Source: Histomonas meleagridis 2922-C6/04-290x (lineage: Eukaryota > Protista > Parabasalia). From it: a stretch of DNA of 64,000 bases. How positions within the stretch are numbered: position 1 is the first letter of the stretch; the number at the start of each line of letters is the position of its first letter. The stretch is taken from the NCBI GenBank assembly GCA_020184695.1, contig JAANOX010000029.1:1-64000 (forward strand). The letters are read 5' to 3'. This document shows positions 33,513-45,962 of the stretch, in pieces. The notes below the pieces were generated by a model that saw nothing but the letters and a program-made list of their open reading frames with translations, searched no databases and had not been told where the DNA came from. Both the position numbers and the translations under genes were made by a program.

Positions 33513-33938
33513 ATGAAGCTGTTCGTCAAGACACCTTCAAGGACTATCTCCTTGGAAGTCGAATCGACAACCAAGGTTGAAGAGATCAAGTCCATTCTTT
33601 CAACAGATGGTGTTCTCGTTTTCGGCGGTGAAGAACTTGTTGAAGGTTATTCACTTCAAGATTACGAAATCATCGAAGATTCTATTCTTTATGATATCCC
33701 AGAATGCGATGGAGGTAAAAAGAAGAAGAGGAAGAAGAAGAGCTTTACAACAAAGAAGAGGGTTCCACACACACGCAAGAAGGAAAAGATGAAACTTCTT
33801 AAACTTTTCAAGATTGGCAAAGATGGTTCAGTTGAACCACAACGTAAGGAGTGTGAAAACTGCAAAGGCTGCTTCATGGCAAAGCACAAAGATGGTCGTC
33901 TTTATTGCGGAAATTGCCATTTAACAATCACAAAGTAA
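33513..33938 (+). CDS. RPS27A: Divergent ubiquitin-like domain fused to 40S ribosomal protein S27a (eS31)
   Basis: GG junction followed by KKKKRKKKSFTTKKRVPH and a C4 zinc finger (ECENC...YCGNC); CCTTT at 33506-33510 before the ATG. Confidence 0.95.
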   Translation: MKLFVKTPSRTISLEVESTTKVEEIKSILSTDGVLVFGGEELVEGYSLQDYEIIEDSILYDIPECDGGKKKKRKKKSFTTKKRVPHTRKKEKMKLLKLFKIGKDGSVEPQRKECENCKGCFMAKHKDGRLYCGNCHLTITK

Positions 33939-34769
33939 ACATTTCTTAAATTAAATTAATTTTTAAAGATTTTTTTTTACTTCGTTCGAGTACCTTTTCC
34001 GTCTACAACCTGTTGTGGCCACACGAGATAAATTAACTTTTTCACTGGTTTATACTCTCAAATTTTATTCGAATTTGAATTGATATATCGGTTGTCGTTG
34101 GATTCATTTTTCCACATGATACCTTCTATCAATAAATCAAGCAATTTTTAGTTTGAATGAAGAAAATTTCTCGAGATCTTTAGGTTTAATAATCAACAAA
34201 TTTGATGAAATCCATCCTTTATTTTATGATCTAATTATTATTCAAATGATATATTATTCATTTGTAATCAAAAATAATAAAGTAAATTTATTTTTGAATA
34301 TTATCAAAGAAATAAGAATATTTGAAGAGAATAATAAAATCAAATCGAATATATTTGATATATTTGGTCGATTTCTTAATGATAAACATACATATGAATC
34401 ATCTTATCTTCTTGAATCGATGATTGAATAAAATATTTTTATGATAATAAATTAAAAGAAATTAATCATTTAGAAGAATTAGGAGAGTTTTGTATTTTAT
34501 ATCAAATATTTTCAATTTTATTTAAAGAAGGAATGAAAATCAATGATGATATTATTAATGAAGCAGCAAATATTGGAAATACAGTTAGGGATTTAAACGT
34601 GTCCCATGAATTAAAGTTGTCCCATACGTTTACACTTAGATGTCAGAAATTTTTGAAACAAACATAAATATCTCATTTATTTATTGGTTTTAATAATTTA
34701 TATTTATAAAAATAATTCAAATTATTCTTTTAAGTATAAATATTTATTTAAACTATAATATTACATATA

Positions 34770-36045
34770 TAGGGGGTGGAAAAAGTCCGTTCGTCAGCTT
34801 TTTTTTTGATTTATATTAGATATTAATGAAATCAAATTATATAAATAAAATTTATAATAAATATATTATCATTGTTATTATAATACTTTTTTCCAAGTAA
34901 ATATGATGCATGAAGTAAAACTACTTTTTTTCAGGATACCTTTGAAAGAGAACGTTTAATCATTTTAATGTCAGTTCCAATTGAGGAATTACGTTCTGTT
35001 GTCCATTTCCTTTGGTTAGAATCAAATGAAAATCAAGACATATATAGGCGATTATGCGCTGTATATGGTGACAATATTATTACACTTCGAACAGTTCAGA
35101 AATGGACAAAAAAGATGAATGAACATACCTTCTCAATTTTCGAACAGAAAAAAACAGGGAGACCAAGAAGATCAGATTTAGATCAAAGAATAACCAGTTT
35201 TATATTAAGTTATCCATATGCATCGACGAAGAAAATTGCGAAGAATGTAGGCGCAGATCCAAAAACAGTGAAAAATATAATGATTAATATTTTAGGGATT
35301 GAAAAAGTTAAATTCAAATGGATTTCACATAAGTTGACTCCAGAAATTAAAGCCAAAAGAGCTGCCATTGCTTCTGAATTATTTGAATTCCTTTCTAGTT
35401 CAAATGACTACAGACTAAGACACATATTGACGCAAGATGAAACCTGGATTTATTTTGTTAACAAGAGAAACTCGATGTGGATTGAATCTGGAGTGCAAAA
35501 ACCATACAAACCCAAACAAACTATTGCCTCCAAAAAAGTAATGATATCTGTTATATGGTCTATAACTGGTATCAAATCAATAACGATGCTCCCGATAAGC
35601 CAAAAATTTAATCGAATTTTTTTTTCTGAAGTTGTACTTGGAGATTTGGCAAAAAGAATATTAACGAATAGATATTTTTTGCATATGGATAACGCCCGGC
35701 CTCATTTGGTTAATGAAAAATTGAATGAATTGAGGATCAAAAGATTTCCGCAACCCCCGTTTTCGCCTGACCTCGCACCTTCTGACTTTTTTCTGTTCGG
35801 ATATCTAAAGAAATGCTCGAAGGTGACAAGTTTGAAAATGAAGATCAACTTTTTCATAAGGTTGAAACATTACTGTATAATATTCCTAAAGACATCTTCA
35901 GAGCCGTATATAATGAATAGATGAACAGACTTTCAATTACAATTGAAACTTAAGGTGAATACATATCATAATATATAATTATATTATATTTTACTTTTTT
36001 ATTCATTAAAAAAAAGGCTGACGAACGCACTTTTTCCACCCCCTA
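34770..36045 (+). mobile_element. Mariner-like element nested in the pogo-like element
   Basis: TIRs TAGGGGGTGGAAAAAGT[C/G]CGTTCGTCAGC with one mismatch, TA flanks, about 1.28 kb. Ends are ambiguous by 2 nt because of TATA. Confidence 0.93.
34968..35924 (+). pseudogene. Mariner transposase with C-terminal frameshift
   Basis: HTH_48-like start (ELRSVVHFL..YGDN..TLRTVQKW), TQDETW, HMDNARPH and PPFSPDLAPSDFFLFGYLK. A 1-nt loss near 35817 shifts the expected MLEGDKFENEDQL tail, which also carries TAG/TAA. Confidence 0.9.
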
Positions 36046-36074
36046 TAAATAAGTTAAAAAGTGCAATTTAATTT

Positions 36075-37380
36075 TTATTGCAAAAGTCGATTAATTTCAT
36101 TTTCATTTTCATATTTTGGAGTTTCGTTGCTAATTAAAGTACAACCAGGTGGACGGTATTCAGAATTCACGATGCCGAATTTGTGTTGCCTTTTCTTTTT
36201 GACTTCATCGATTTTTATATTAAAATCCCAAAGTTCATGAAATCCCGTATTCGAAAGCAGCTCTTTGGCAACAAATTCAACAACTCTCTTACCAGCAACA
36301 GTTTTAGTACTTATTCCTGCATATCTGAAAGCCCCACGAATGTCAAATGATGTTGTGGTCTGCTCGTATGCCATTAATATGACAATAATTGCATTTTCTA
36401 CCATTTCTTGGCTTTCTTCATCTTCAACAGTATTTTTGATTTTTTTAAAAACGCCAAATAATGACAAATCAAGGGCTTGGAAAATGTTTGTGGTATGGGA
36501 AGAAAAACATAAGACAATTATTTTATTTTCTCCTAGAACTTTTATAATATCAACGTTACAATGCGCACCAAATGAATCCATTAATAAAATTGCTACATAC
36601 TCTTCAACTTCATATTTTTCTTCTACACATTTGACATATGGAATCAATACATCATTAATATATTCATTAGATAACTCAGAATCAACGTAAGGTGGATTTC
36701 GAATACAGATCATTACATCTTCATAAATCATCATTATATAAGTGTTTGGTTATTAACATGGGAGTAAGAGCATCACCTGCTGCTGAAACACATGTAAGGA
36801 GTGTCATATGAGTTACTTTTCTTGTTGAATAATGATGAACATTGTTTGAGTTAATTTTAGCATCAACAAAGACTTTCTTCGATTTTCAATCTTCCCAAGA
36901 TGAAGTTCCTATATCATCTAAATTAAAAACTAATTCTGTTAACCTTCCATCCACATGTTTATTCATGTATTGGAAGTGTTCTCTTAAATGCTCTCTATAA
37001 ACTGTCATTCTTGTGTCTTCTTGAGGATGTGATCTACATTTTTTGATTTTATTTATATTTCTAAGATAAAATCGATTTATCCATCCCTTTGTTAAAGATA
37101 AATCGAATTTTTCTTTGATAAAAACTAATATCTGCCTTTGGGTCATTGCATGACCTTCATTAGATGAATCAATAATTGCTTGAACAATTATTTCTTCTTT
37201 ATCTTCATCTAATGCTCTATGTCGACCTAAAGGTTTTGGATCTTGTGGGCCGTTTGAAATACTTCTAGATACAGTTTTACTGCACATATTAAAGAAGAAT
37301 GCTAGTTGATTAAAAGTGAAAATAACATCATCGAATTCAGATGCATTTTTTGTAGAGAAAACATAGCTGATGATTTTCAT
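36075..37380 (-). pseudogene. Degenerate pogo-like transposase
   Basis: HTH/CENP-B-like N-terminus (TKGWINRF), VFNLDDIG, LLMDSFGAH and FSSHTTNIFQALDLSLFG; interrupted by stops and frameshifts. Confidence 0.85.
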
Positions 37381-38705
37381 ATTATAAGTTCATAAAGTGA
37401 GAATTCCTTAATAATAATCGAGTAAATCTTAGAGAAATACCGATAGTATCTAATTTTTGTTTAATTTCATCTAGTAACATTGCTGGTGTTAATGTTGACA
37501 TTGAGAAAAATGAGGTTTTATTAAAGATTATTTATTAACGTATTTTAACGTATGGGACCACTTTCATTACTGGGACACGTTTTGATCCCTAACTGTATTT
37601 TTTTAGTTGAATATTTTCTTAAAGAGCATTCAATTCCGCATGATACACAAGTACTTTCAGCAGGATCAAGAAATATTGAACTTGTTGAATACGTTTTAAA
37701 ACAAGAAGGAATTGATATTAATGCTAAAGATATTTATTTGTTTTATTTGAAATTTATTTTAATAATTTTATATTTCAAAATAATATTTGGAAATTATTTA
37801 TATTATTTAAAACAGCACTTATTTAATTGATCAATTACACAACCTCAGACCAATTCCGATAATATTCAAATTTTGTATAAAGTACAAAAATAACCATTTG
37901 GAAGGTGTCTGAAGAAATCTTTTGTTCAAATTCGTGAAATAGTTAAATATTTATAATAAAATGCATGTTACTTAAATAAATTATATCAATTACAGTCAAA
38001 ATTATTAATATGTCCACGAGAATGATAAAAAAATTCTTAAATTGAGAATTTGATCTTATAATTCTTTCTTAAAATTAAATAAAAAAAGTTTTTTTTATTA
38101 AATAAGTTGTATTTGGCCAATATGAGAAGCAAATTTTGATATGGTTTGAATGACATTAAATTTCGAAATTTGTTATAGGAATATAATAATGACATAAATA
38201 ATTTATAATTTATCTGATTTTGTTATCTTCTTATATCATAATTTTTCCATCAAAATCTGACGTTTTGCTCCATCTATTTTTTACCTAACAAATTTAATTA
38301 CAGCAAAATGACATCTAAATTATTTTTTTGCTACTAAAATTGACAAGGTTTGTCTGTAGCAAAGAATGATTGCCCGAAATTTTTCATAAAAAATTTGAAT
38401 GAATTTTTTTTCCTCGTAGGTTTCAGATGCTCAAATCAATATAAAATAAAATCCATCATAAATTAATCATGAATGACTGGAAATAATAAATTTTTATAAG
38501 AAATCAATCAGAAATTATAATTCATGTGTTAATAAAATTTTTTAATTTGAAATCTGAATTATTATATAATTCATGAAGTACTTCAGTATGGAATGAAAAA
38601 AGAAGGGGGAAAAAATGTTTTTTGGTTGAGGTATTTCTGTAAAGTTTCAGAAACGATTAAATCCGAAATGATTAATAGTGACCGTTTATTTGGTTTACAC
38701 CTTTG

Positions 38706-41700
38706 ATGACTCATGAAGGAAAATGTTTCAAGTTTCTTCATGATATAAAATTAGGGGGCATAGAAGCCAAGCCATCAGAAATTTGTTCTGCTTTAGGTAA
38801 GTTTAGAAAATCTTTATCAATATCATGGTTTATTAAAACATCAAAAAAAGATGGACTATCATACCTCACAAAAATCATAGAAACAATTCTTTTTTATACG
38901 GAAAATTCAGATGCAAATGTACGCGTTATATCATGTAGTACTCTTGGATCTCTTCTTTTATGTATCACACCATTTAAGCCTTTATTATTTATAAAAGCGT
39001 TTGGAAATGCGATTTCTAGTGTTGAATCCAGTTCTCCAATTGTTATTATTAATACATTTGTTTATCTGTCACGTTTTATATCACCAGTTTTATTACAAAA
39101 ATTCATAATTGTTGTTAATGTTGATAAATATTTCCGCTCTGATCTTACTGATTATATGAAGCATCTACCACAAGTTATTCCATTAATGCATAACATTCCA
39201 TTTTATTACCATCAAACTCTTCTTGAAACTTTATTATTACGTTGTTCAAAACGAACAAACTCAAACTTTACGTCATCAGTTTCATCACTTATTTCACTCA
39301 ATAAAGTCAAACTTGTTCCACATTTAAAAAAACTATTATTTGATCTTAATTCATCATCAGTAACACTTTCGCTAGGACAAACATTATTAAAAGATCCCAT
39401 AATATTTGATTTATTTGAAGATGATGGCAAAGAATTATTTTTATCAACATCATTACACGAATTTCAGAAGGTTACACCAGGATTCAGTGAATTTGAATCG
39501 TCCTGTCTAATCTGCATTCAATTTTTACGATATGCAAAAAACACCGAAAAATATGAAGAAATCAATAAAAGGATATTTAGTTCCCTCAGGAATGATTACC
39601 CACAACATTTTCTGCGATTAAGGATGTTATTGCCGACGTCATTATCATATATTTTAGAAATGCAAGTTGAATCAGATTCAATGAAGTCAGCTCAACTAAT
39701 AGCATTAGCATCATTTTATATTGATCGAGTATCAAATATTGATCCAGATCAAATCTCAGAGATATTTTATAATTTTAAGGATTCGACAAATGATCTTTAT
39801 TGTTCATTAATTGAATCATTTACAAAATGTTTTCCGAGTTTTTTAAAGGAATGTAAAAATGATTATCATATTAAACTATTGTTATTTATCCTTAATAAAA
39901 AAAACACGAATTGGGTCCATGATATAGCTGTAGCTAACTTAATTAATGTTATTGATTGTAATTTATGTTCGAAGTTTATTCCGAATTATTTTAATATCGC
40001 ATCGAAAAAATTACTTGAATTTTCTATTTCTCCGAACATTCGTTTGTTTCAAGTTGCTTTAGATGCAATTAAAAACATTGTTTCCTATGATACAATACGC
40101 AATTTTCTGTTTTATGTTTTGAAAGGCGATTGGATGGATGATTTTTTCGTTTCGAGAAAATTCGAATTATTATCGATTTTATCGGCTACCTTTGATGTCG
40201 ACTTCTCAATGTTCATACCAATTGCTTTCGAATGTTTACTTTTCTTCGATTCTTTAAATGTCGTTTCGAACATTTGTTCATTTTTGTCGAACGTTAAAAT
40301 TGAATGCTTTACAGACGAAGTTCAGAATTTCTGTATCGGCTTCGTCATCTCGAATTTTGAAAGCTTTACTCACATGACGATAAGTCTTCCAGGAAATGTT
40401 CTAAGAATCCAATTAACAAATTCACTTTTAGATTCCGTTGATACTGACATTGTTACTAATCCATCATTTGGACATGAAACAGTGTTAGCGCCCATCCGAA
40501 ATTGTTTTCGATTTCTTTGTTCTTTACCACTTAATTTCATCAAAGACAAAACATGTTTCTTTTGGCTTTGTATTAATTTAATACCAATATTTGATAAATT
40601 AGCATTAGAGAAAGCGTTTGAAATTGATGAAATATATCATATTAATTCGGAAGCTTTATATAAGACTGTAACCAATTTATTTAATACTACATCTAAAGAT
40701 TCTGTTGTGACAACATGTTGTCAGATATTATCCAAAACTAAATATGAAATTCCATCGAATGTTGATCAAATTGTTGAAAAAATTCTAATTGAGAAAAGTA
40801 TTAATGATCCAGATCTATTATATTATAGTTTTATACTTGTCGATCAAATGAAACATGAACAAGCATTAAATTCGATATTAATTATGATACAAGACCTTGA
40901 GCCTAAGATTGCATCAGTATTATTATTTAAGTTAAGTACTGTTATAGCACAATCAATAATGATAAATATTAATAATATTAATGGAATTGCTTTTTTAAGG
41001 TATGCAAATGAATGTGGGGGTGAATATATTGAGAAAGTAAAAAATTATTTAAAAGAAGTTGATTTTAATGATATACCTTTAGATGATGAAACTATGAATG
41101 ATGAATTAGTTTTATTTCTTCGTAAAAATAAAATTATTGTTCATTTAAATGATTTATATAAAATTGACGCTCAACATTGGAAATTCATTATAAAAAATAA
41201 AGATTATTTCGATGTAAATGAAATTATTAATTTCATCATTAAAAATCCACAAAAATTCTCTAAAATTAACGTCGATGAAATATATAAAAAAGAAATTAAA
41301 GAATTAAAATATAAATTTAATAATAACATTTTGGAAAATGTTTTAATAATTTCTACAATTTCTCCTTTCTTAAAGAATAATAAATTTTATGAATCTTTTT
41401 CATTAATAAAATCATTTTTGAAATATTCGAAAGTTTCTATTTCACAAGAAACATTCGAAAAAATTTTAAGTTTTTCATTAAATTTCATTGATTTAATGGA
41501 ATTAACAATAAAATATGCAACGAATAAAAACAAAAAAATATCAAAAAAAGTTATTTTGAATAATGAAATATTTACTAATAACAAAATATTTTATCAGTTA
41601 TTAAAATACTTTAAAAGATATAAATCAATTGAAGAATATCCAACAGAAATCAAAACATTTATTGAAAAACAAATCGGAAAAGAAATTTCCAATGAATTAA

Positions 41701-43010
41701 TAACTGAAATATATCAAAACAAAACAATAAAACGAATAATTAAATATTCTCCGAATTATTTCCTTAAACATTTAATCAAACAACAAACATTTCAATCAAA
41801 AATATATAAAGAAATAATAAAATTAATTCCGAAAAGTAATTTCGATCCAATTTTATTACATGAATTAATTGCAATTCATTTATCATATTACATTAGTTTA
41901 AATAACAATAAAAAGCGTTCATTATTATTACGTTTTATCTTAATTATAATTGATAAACTTAAGAAACAACAAAATAATTTCGAACTTCAATCAGTCGTTG
42001 GATTGTTTTCAGTATCTTTTGATATGATCATTGATACTACTTATGATTCAATGTATCAAGAAATTTCGTATATAATTTCATCAATTATTTCAAACACAAT
42101 ACAAAATCAACAATTTTTAATATTTATACAAAACTTTATAATTAACACAAAATTTATTTCATTGTTTTTACCTTTATTAACATATTTAAATAAAAACATT
42201 TTCGGAATAATAAAATCCGAAGAATTTCTTCAACTTTGTGATTCGGAATTACCTTCACAACTTTCTGCATTAATCCAAAGTTTAACGACATTAATTTCGA
42301 ATAATTTTCATAATGAAGTTATGCAACATTGTTGTGTTTCATTATGTAAAAGAATGGCATTGTTTTCATTTGATTTTAAAATATCCGAAAAAATGATTGA
42401 ACTCATAATCGCATTGTTTAATTCGAATAATATTTTGAAACTTCCTTCTTTCTTCTTTCAGAATTTTGCTTTTTCATTCTTGTATAATGTTAATATTCCT
42501 TCGTTTTATAAGTCTTTGGTTACAATTCGATATTATTCTAATACGAATCCTGAAATTATTAATCAATTGTTTACTATTAAATTTGTGAATTCTGATGTTA
42601 TTAAATCATTTTGTAATCTTTTTTCAAGAAAAAAACTCGACGTTAATGGATTAAAGGCTATAAATGACCAAATTTGTACATTCTTTATAGAAAACACATC
42701 AGTAGAATGTATGAAATTGTTGATGAAAACATCTGAAATTAGTAATTCTAATGAAAGTACATTTTGTTTTTTGATTAATAATTTGACTTGTTTGTCGAAA
42801 GGATTTTTTTTGTGCTTTTTGTTGTTTGTGTATTTTTTAAAAAGAAATAATGAGTTGTTGAAGGCATTGAGTTGTGGTGAGCCAAAATCAAGAAAAATGT
42901 CATGTGAAATAATAAGAAAGAATGAAAATTTGGAATTGGGTTTTATGTATGCAACTGCTGAAACAGACGATATAGAAGCAATACAAAAAAACGTCAATTT
43001 GTTTGAATAA
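38706..43010 (+). CDS. Large hypothetical alpha-solenoid (ARM/HEAT-like) protein
   Basis: About 1434-aa uninterrupted ORF, Leu/Ile-rich helical; N-terminal DANVRVISCSTLGSLL is HEAT-like. Confidence 0.7.
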   Translation: MTHEGKCFKFLHDIKLGGIEAKPSEICSALGKFRKSLSISWFIKTSKKDGLSYLTKIIETILFYTENSDANVRVISCSTLGSLLLCITPFKPLLFIKAFGNAISSVESSSPIVIINTFVYLSRFISPVLLQKFIIVVNVDKYFRSDLTDYMKHLPQVIPLMHNIPFYYHQTLLETLLLRCSKRTNSNFTSSVSSLISLNKVKLVPHLKKLLFDLNSSSVTLSLGQTLLKDPIIFDLFEDDGKELFLSTSLHEFQKVTPGFSEFESSCLICIQFLRYAKNTEKYEEINKRIFSSLRNDYPQHFLRLRMLLPTSLSYILEMQVESDSMKSAQLIALASFYIDRVSNIDPDQISEIFYNFKDSTNDLYCSLIESFTKCFPSFLKECKNDYHIKLLLFILNKKNTNWVHDIAVANLINVIDCNLCSKFIPNYFNIASKKLLEFSISPNIRLFQVALDAIKNIVSYDTIRNFLFYVLKGDWMDDFFVSRKFELLSILSATFDVDFSMFIPIAFECLLFFDSLNVVSNICSFLSNVKIECFTDEVQNFCIGFVISNFESFTHMTISLPGNVLRIQLTNSLLDSVDTDIVTNPSFGHETVLAPIRNCFRFLCSLPLNFIKDKTCFFWLCINLIPIFDKLALEKAFEIDEIYHINSEALYKTVTNLFNTTSKDSVVTTCCQILSKTKYEIPSNVDQIVEKILIEKSINDPDLLYYSFILVDQMKHEQALNSILIMIQDLEPKIASVLLFKLSTVIAQSIMININNINGIAFLRYANECGGEYIEKVKNYLKEVDFNDIPLDDETMNDELVLFLRKNKIIVHLNDLYKIDAQHWKFIIKNKDYFDVNEIINFIIKNPQKFSKINVDEIYKKEIKELKYKFNNNILENVLIISTISPFLKNNKFYESFSLIKSFLKYSKVSISQETFEKILSFSLNFIDLMELTIKYATNKNKKISKKVILNNEIFTNNKIFYQLLKYFKRYKSIEEYPTEIKTFIEKQIGKEISNELITEIYQNKTIKRIIKYSPNYFLKHLIKQQTFQSKIYKEIIKLIPKSNFDPILLHELIAIHLSYYISLNNNKKRSLLLRFILIIIDKLKKQQNNFELQSVVGLFSVSFDMIIDTTYDSMYQEISYIISSIISNTIQNQQFLIFIQNFIINTKFISLFLPLLTYLNKNIFGIIKSEEFLQLCDSELPSQLSALIQSLTTLISNNFHNEVMQHCCVSLCKRMALFSFDFKISEKMIELIIALFNSNNILKLPSFFFQNFAFSFLYNVNIPSFYKSLVTIRYYSNTNPEIINQLFTIKFVNSDVIKSFCNLFSRKKLDVNGLKAINDQICTFFIENTSVECMKLLMKTSEISNSNESTFCFLINNLTCLSKGFFLCFLLFVYFLKRNNELLKALSCGEPKSRKMSCEIIRKNENLELGFMYATAETDDIEAIQKNVNLFE

Positions 43011-43403
43011 AATATAATTTCTGTTTAATTTGTTTTTTAAAAAAAAATATAAAATATAAAATAATCAAAAACAATTGTGAATAAAAGGTTCAAACTACAA
43101 ATACTGATGAATATCTATAACAAAAAACGATCTATTTCGACACAATATAACCGACGGCTGCCATGGCCAATTGACAACGATAAGTATTCAATCTGTGAGT
43201 TCTGCACCAATTTCAACGATAAGATGGCGATCAAACCCCAGCGCCCAGAAAAATTGATTATCTCACAAACCTCAAAATTGAATTGGGTTGGAACGTTTCT
43301 TTCGAAGTCTGAAAAGCTTTGTTCCATTATTTTTATCGAAAGTTTTTATCATTACATGAACAAAAACGCCAACCATATTCGTAAGTCTTGAAATGTCTTT
43401 AAT

Positions 43404-45611
43404 ATGAATCATCTTAATTTGTTTGATAATAACATAAAAAATTCCAATCTGAAGGATCAGGACTTTACTTTTACTTATCCAATATTAAACATTAATGACA
43501 CATTTCCTTATCAGAATTTATCTAATTTTCAATATTTTCGAAGTTTTATTTCACAAAAATTGTCAATCTATCAAGTCCGAATGAACAAATATTTATTTCA
43601 TTTTTTATTACAATTGCTCATTCTATCTGGTTCTTTCCAAACCAATTTGAGTTTTTGTTTTTGTTTTTCTTTAATTTCATTACTTTTTTTAATATTTATT
43701 AAAATCCTAAATTTTTTAATAAAATTTACATTAAATCATCGAACCAAAAGTAAAGCAAACATCAGATTTGTTTTCATATTGTTTATTTTGTTTTTTTCTC
43801 ATTCGATACAACATTTTGATACAGATACATCAACATTAACTATAACGGATTCAAATGAATTTACAAATGATTATCAAAGTAATACAAAATATATTATCAT
43901 TTCAAGTGGAATAACAGAAATTCCAGATTCCGCTTTTTATGAATGGACATCATTGCTTACAGCAGAGATTGCAGACTCAGTCACTTCAATTGGATTATAT
44001 GCATTTTTTATGTGTTCTAATTTAGAAGAAGTTTCATTTGGAGAAGGTATAACAAGTATTGGATCAAGTGCATTTCAAAACACTGCATTAAAATATGTAA
44101 CAATTAAAAGTCCTCTTGCAGCAGCTAGTGGAAGTGTATTTAATGGATGTGATAAACTTGAAAGTGTAATTTTTTGTGAAGGTGTTCAAACAATTGGATC
44201 TTTTATGTTTCAAAACTGTATTAATCTTAAAGATGTTACAATTTCAAGTACAATTTCTTCAATATCAACAAATCCATTTCTTTATTGTAGTAGTCTTCAA
44301 ATTATTAAAATTGCAGAAGATAATTCATATTATAGTAATTATGAAAACGATGGAGTTTTATATGATAAATTGATTATGAAACTCATTATTTATCCTATTG
44401 GAAATCTCAGGGAAACATTCAGCATTCCAGATTCAGTCACTTCAATTGAATCAGATGCATTTAATTTATGTACAAATTTAATAACAATTTCAATTGGGAA
44501 AAGTTTAAATACGATAAAAAGTTCTGCATTCTCAAGTTGTGTATTTACGAATTTCATAATTCCAAATACTGTTATAGAGATTCAACAAAGTGCTTTTTCA
44601 TTCTGTTATGAATTAGAAACGATTATCATTGGCGAAAGTGTTGAAAATATTGGAAATCAAGCATTTGTGTATTGTACATCACTGAAATGTATTTATTTTT
44701 ATGGCGAAACTTCACCATCAATTGGAAGTGATTGTTTTATTGATGTTCCAACAGAATATGTTATGGTCAATGAAACATATATAAGTGAAGGATTTGGAGA
44801 ATTAAAGATAACGAAAGGAACAATTGACTAATGTCTTCCTCCAACACTTACATTTACTAATTCTAATACATTCACAAATACATTTTCGAAATCAAATATA
44901 TTTACACAATCAAATACATTTACTAAATCAAATACATTTACACAATCAAATACATTTTCGGAATCAAAAACATTTTCGATATCAAATACATTTACTAAAT
45001 CAAATATATTTTCGAAATCAAATACATTTTCTAAATCAAATACATTTTCGAAATCAAGTACATTTTCGAAATCAAAAACATTTTCTAAATCAAGTACATT
45101 TACTAAATCAAATACATTTTCATCATATATAAATTTAACACATTCATTTATTTTAACATATATTTTATCATTTACACAAACATTAAGTATTTATATTTCA
45201 TATTTTAATTCATTTATTATTACAAATATCAATTCAACATTTATATATATTTCAAGAACATTTATATATTATGATTATACAGTTATTATTTATTCACAAT
45301 ATTTCACATTTTATTCTAATTTTTATATTATTAATGAAAATAATGAAAATCAAAATGATGATCAAACATATATTTATATTATTATTGGAGTATTGATTGG
45401 AATAATAATTATTATTCTTGTTATTGTATTTCTTATTATATTCTTAATTCGTAATCAAAAACAAGGAAATAAAGAAGAAGAAGAAACTGAATATGATGAA
45501 GAAACATCGAAAGAAATGAATGATCTTACTATTGAATATTCAAGGAATAATATTGAAGAAGATCCATTTGCGAAAGATTTCAATGAAGATAACTTTAATT
45601 TTCATATTTAA
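43404..45611 (+). pseudogene. Second BspA copy with a single nonsense codon before the stalk
   Basis: LRR region is near-identical to 27520-28570. GAA is changed to TAA at 44829-44831, and the same frame stays open from 44832 to the stop at 45611. Confidence 0.85.
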
Positions 45612-45962
45612 TATAAAGGTTACTAATGAATAAAATATTAAAACTATTTCTATTGTTTTTATTAAAATATTTGAAATTTATTATAAGTAAAATGCAAAAA
45701 CCGAGGATATGTTTTTTTCGAATGATTTCCTATTCTTTTTTGAAAAGTTCCTATATTGGTGACAAACATTTTATCAAAATCATGGGATTCACTCATAAGG
45801 CACTAATTTAATGAAATATTTTATACCAAGAAAAAGCCCAAAGGTCTTTTCGCCAAACTTTAAAATTGAAAGGCATCCACCAAAAAAGAAAAACCTATTC
45901 TATCGTTGTCGATTGAAAAGTCAAAATTCTTGCAAACTAAAAGTCCATTTTAAGAACCAGCC

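Larger units (their letters stand above)
34582..37595 (-). mobile_element. pogo/Tigger-like (DDE_1) Tc1/mariner-superfamily DNA transposon
   Basis: About 50-bp imperfect TIRs (CAGTTAGGGAT..AAACGTGTCCCA...TCCCATACGTT) with TA target duplication at 34580-34581 and 37596-37597. Confidence 0.92.
34153..37826 (+). pseudogene. DUF3447-type ankyrin gene remnant (locus C) split by a composite transposon
   Basis: Removing 34582-37595 plus one TA restores AANIGNIFLVEYFLKEHSIP...EQEGIDINAKD-like coding; the loop at 37732-37811 decodes E-Y-G-K. Confidence 0.8.

Noticed and set aside
43077-43391. ORF upstream of BspA copy 2, possible transposase remnant
   Set aside because: No convincing catalytic motif or terminal repeats.
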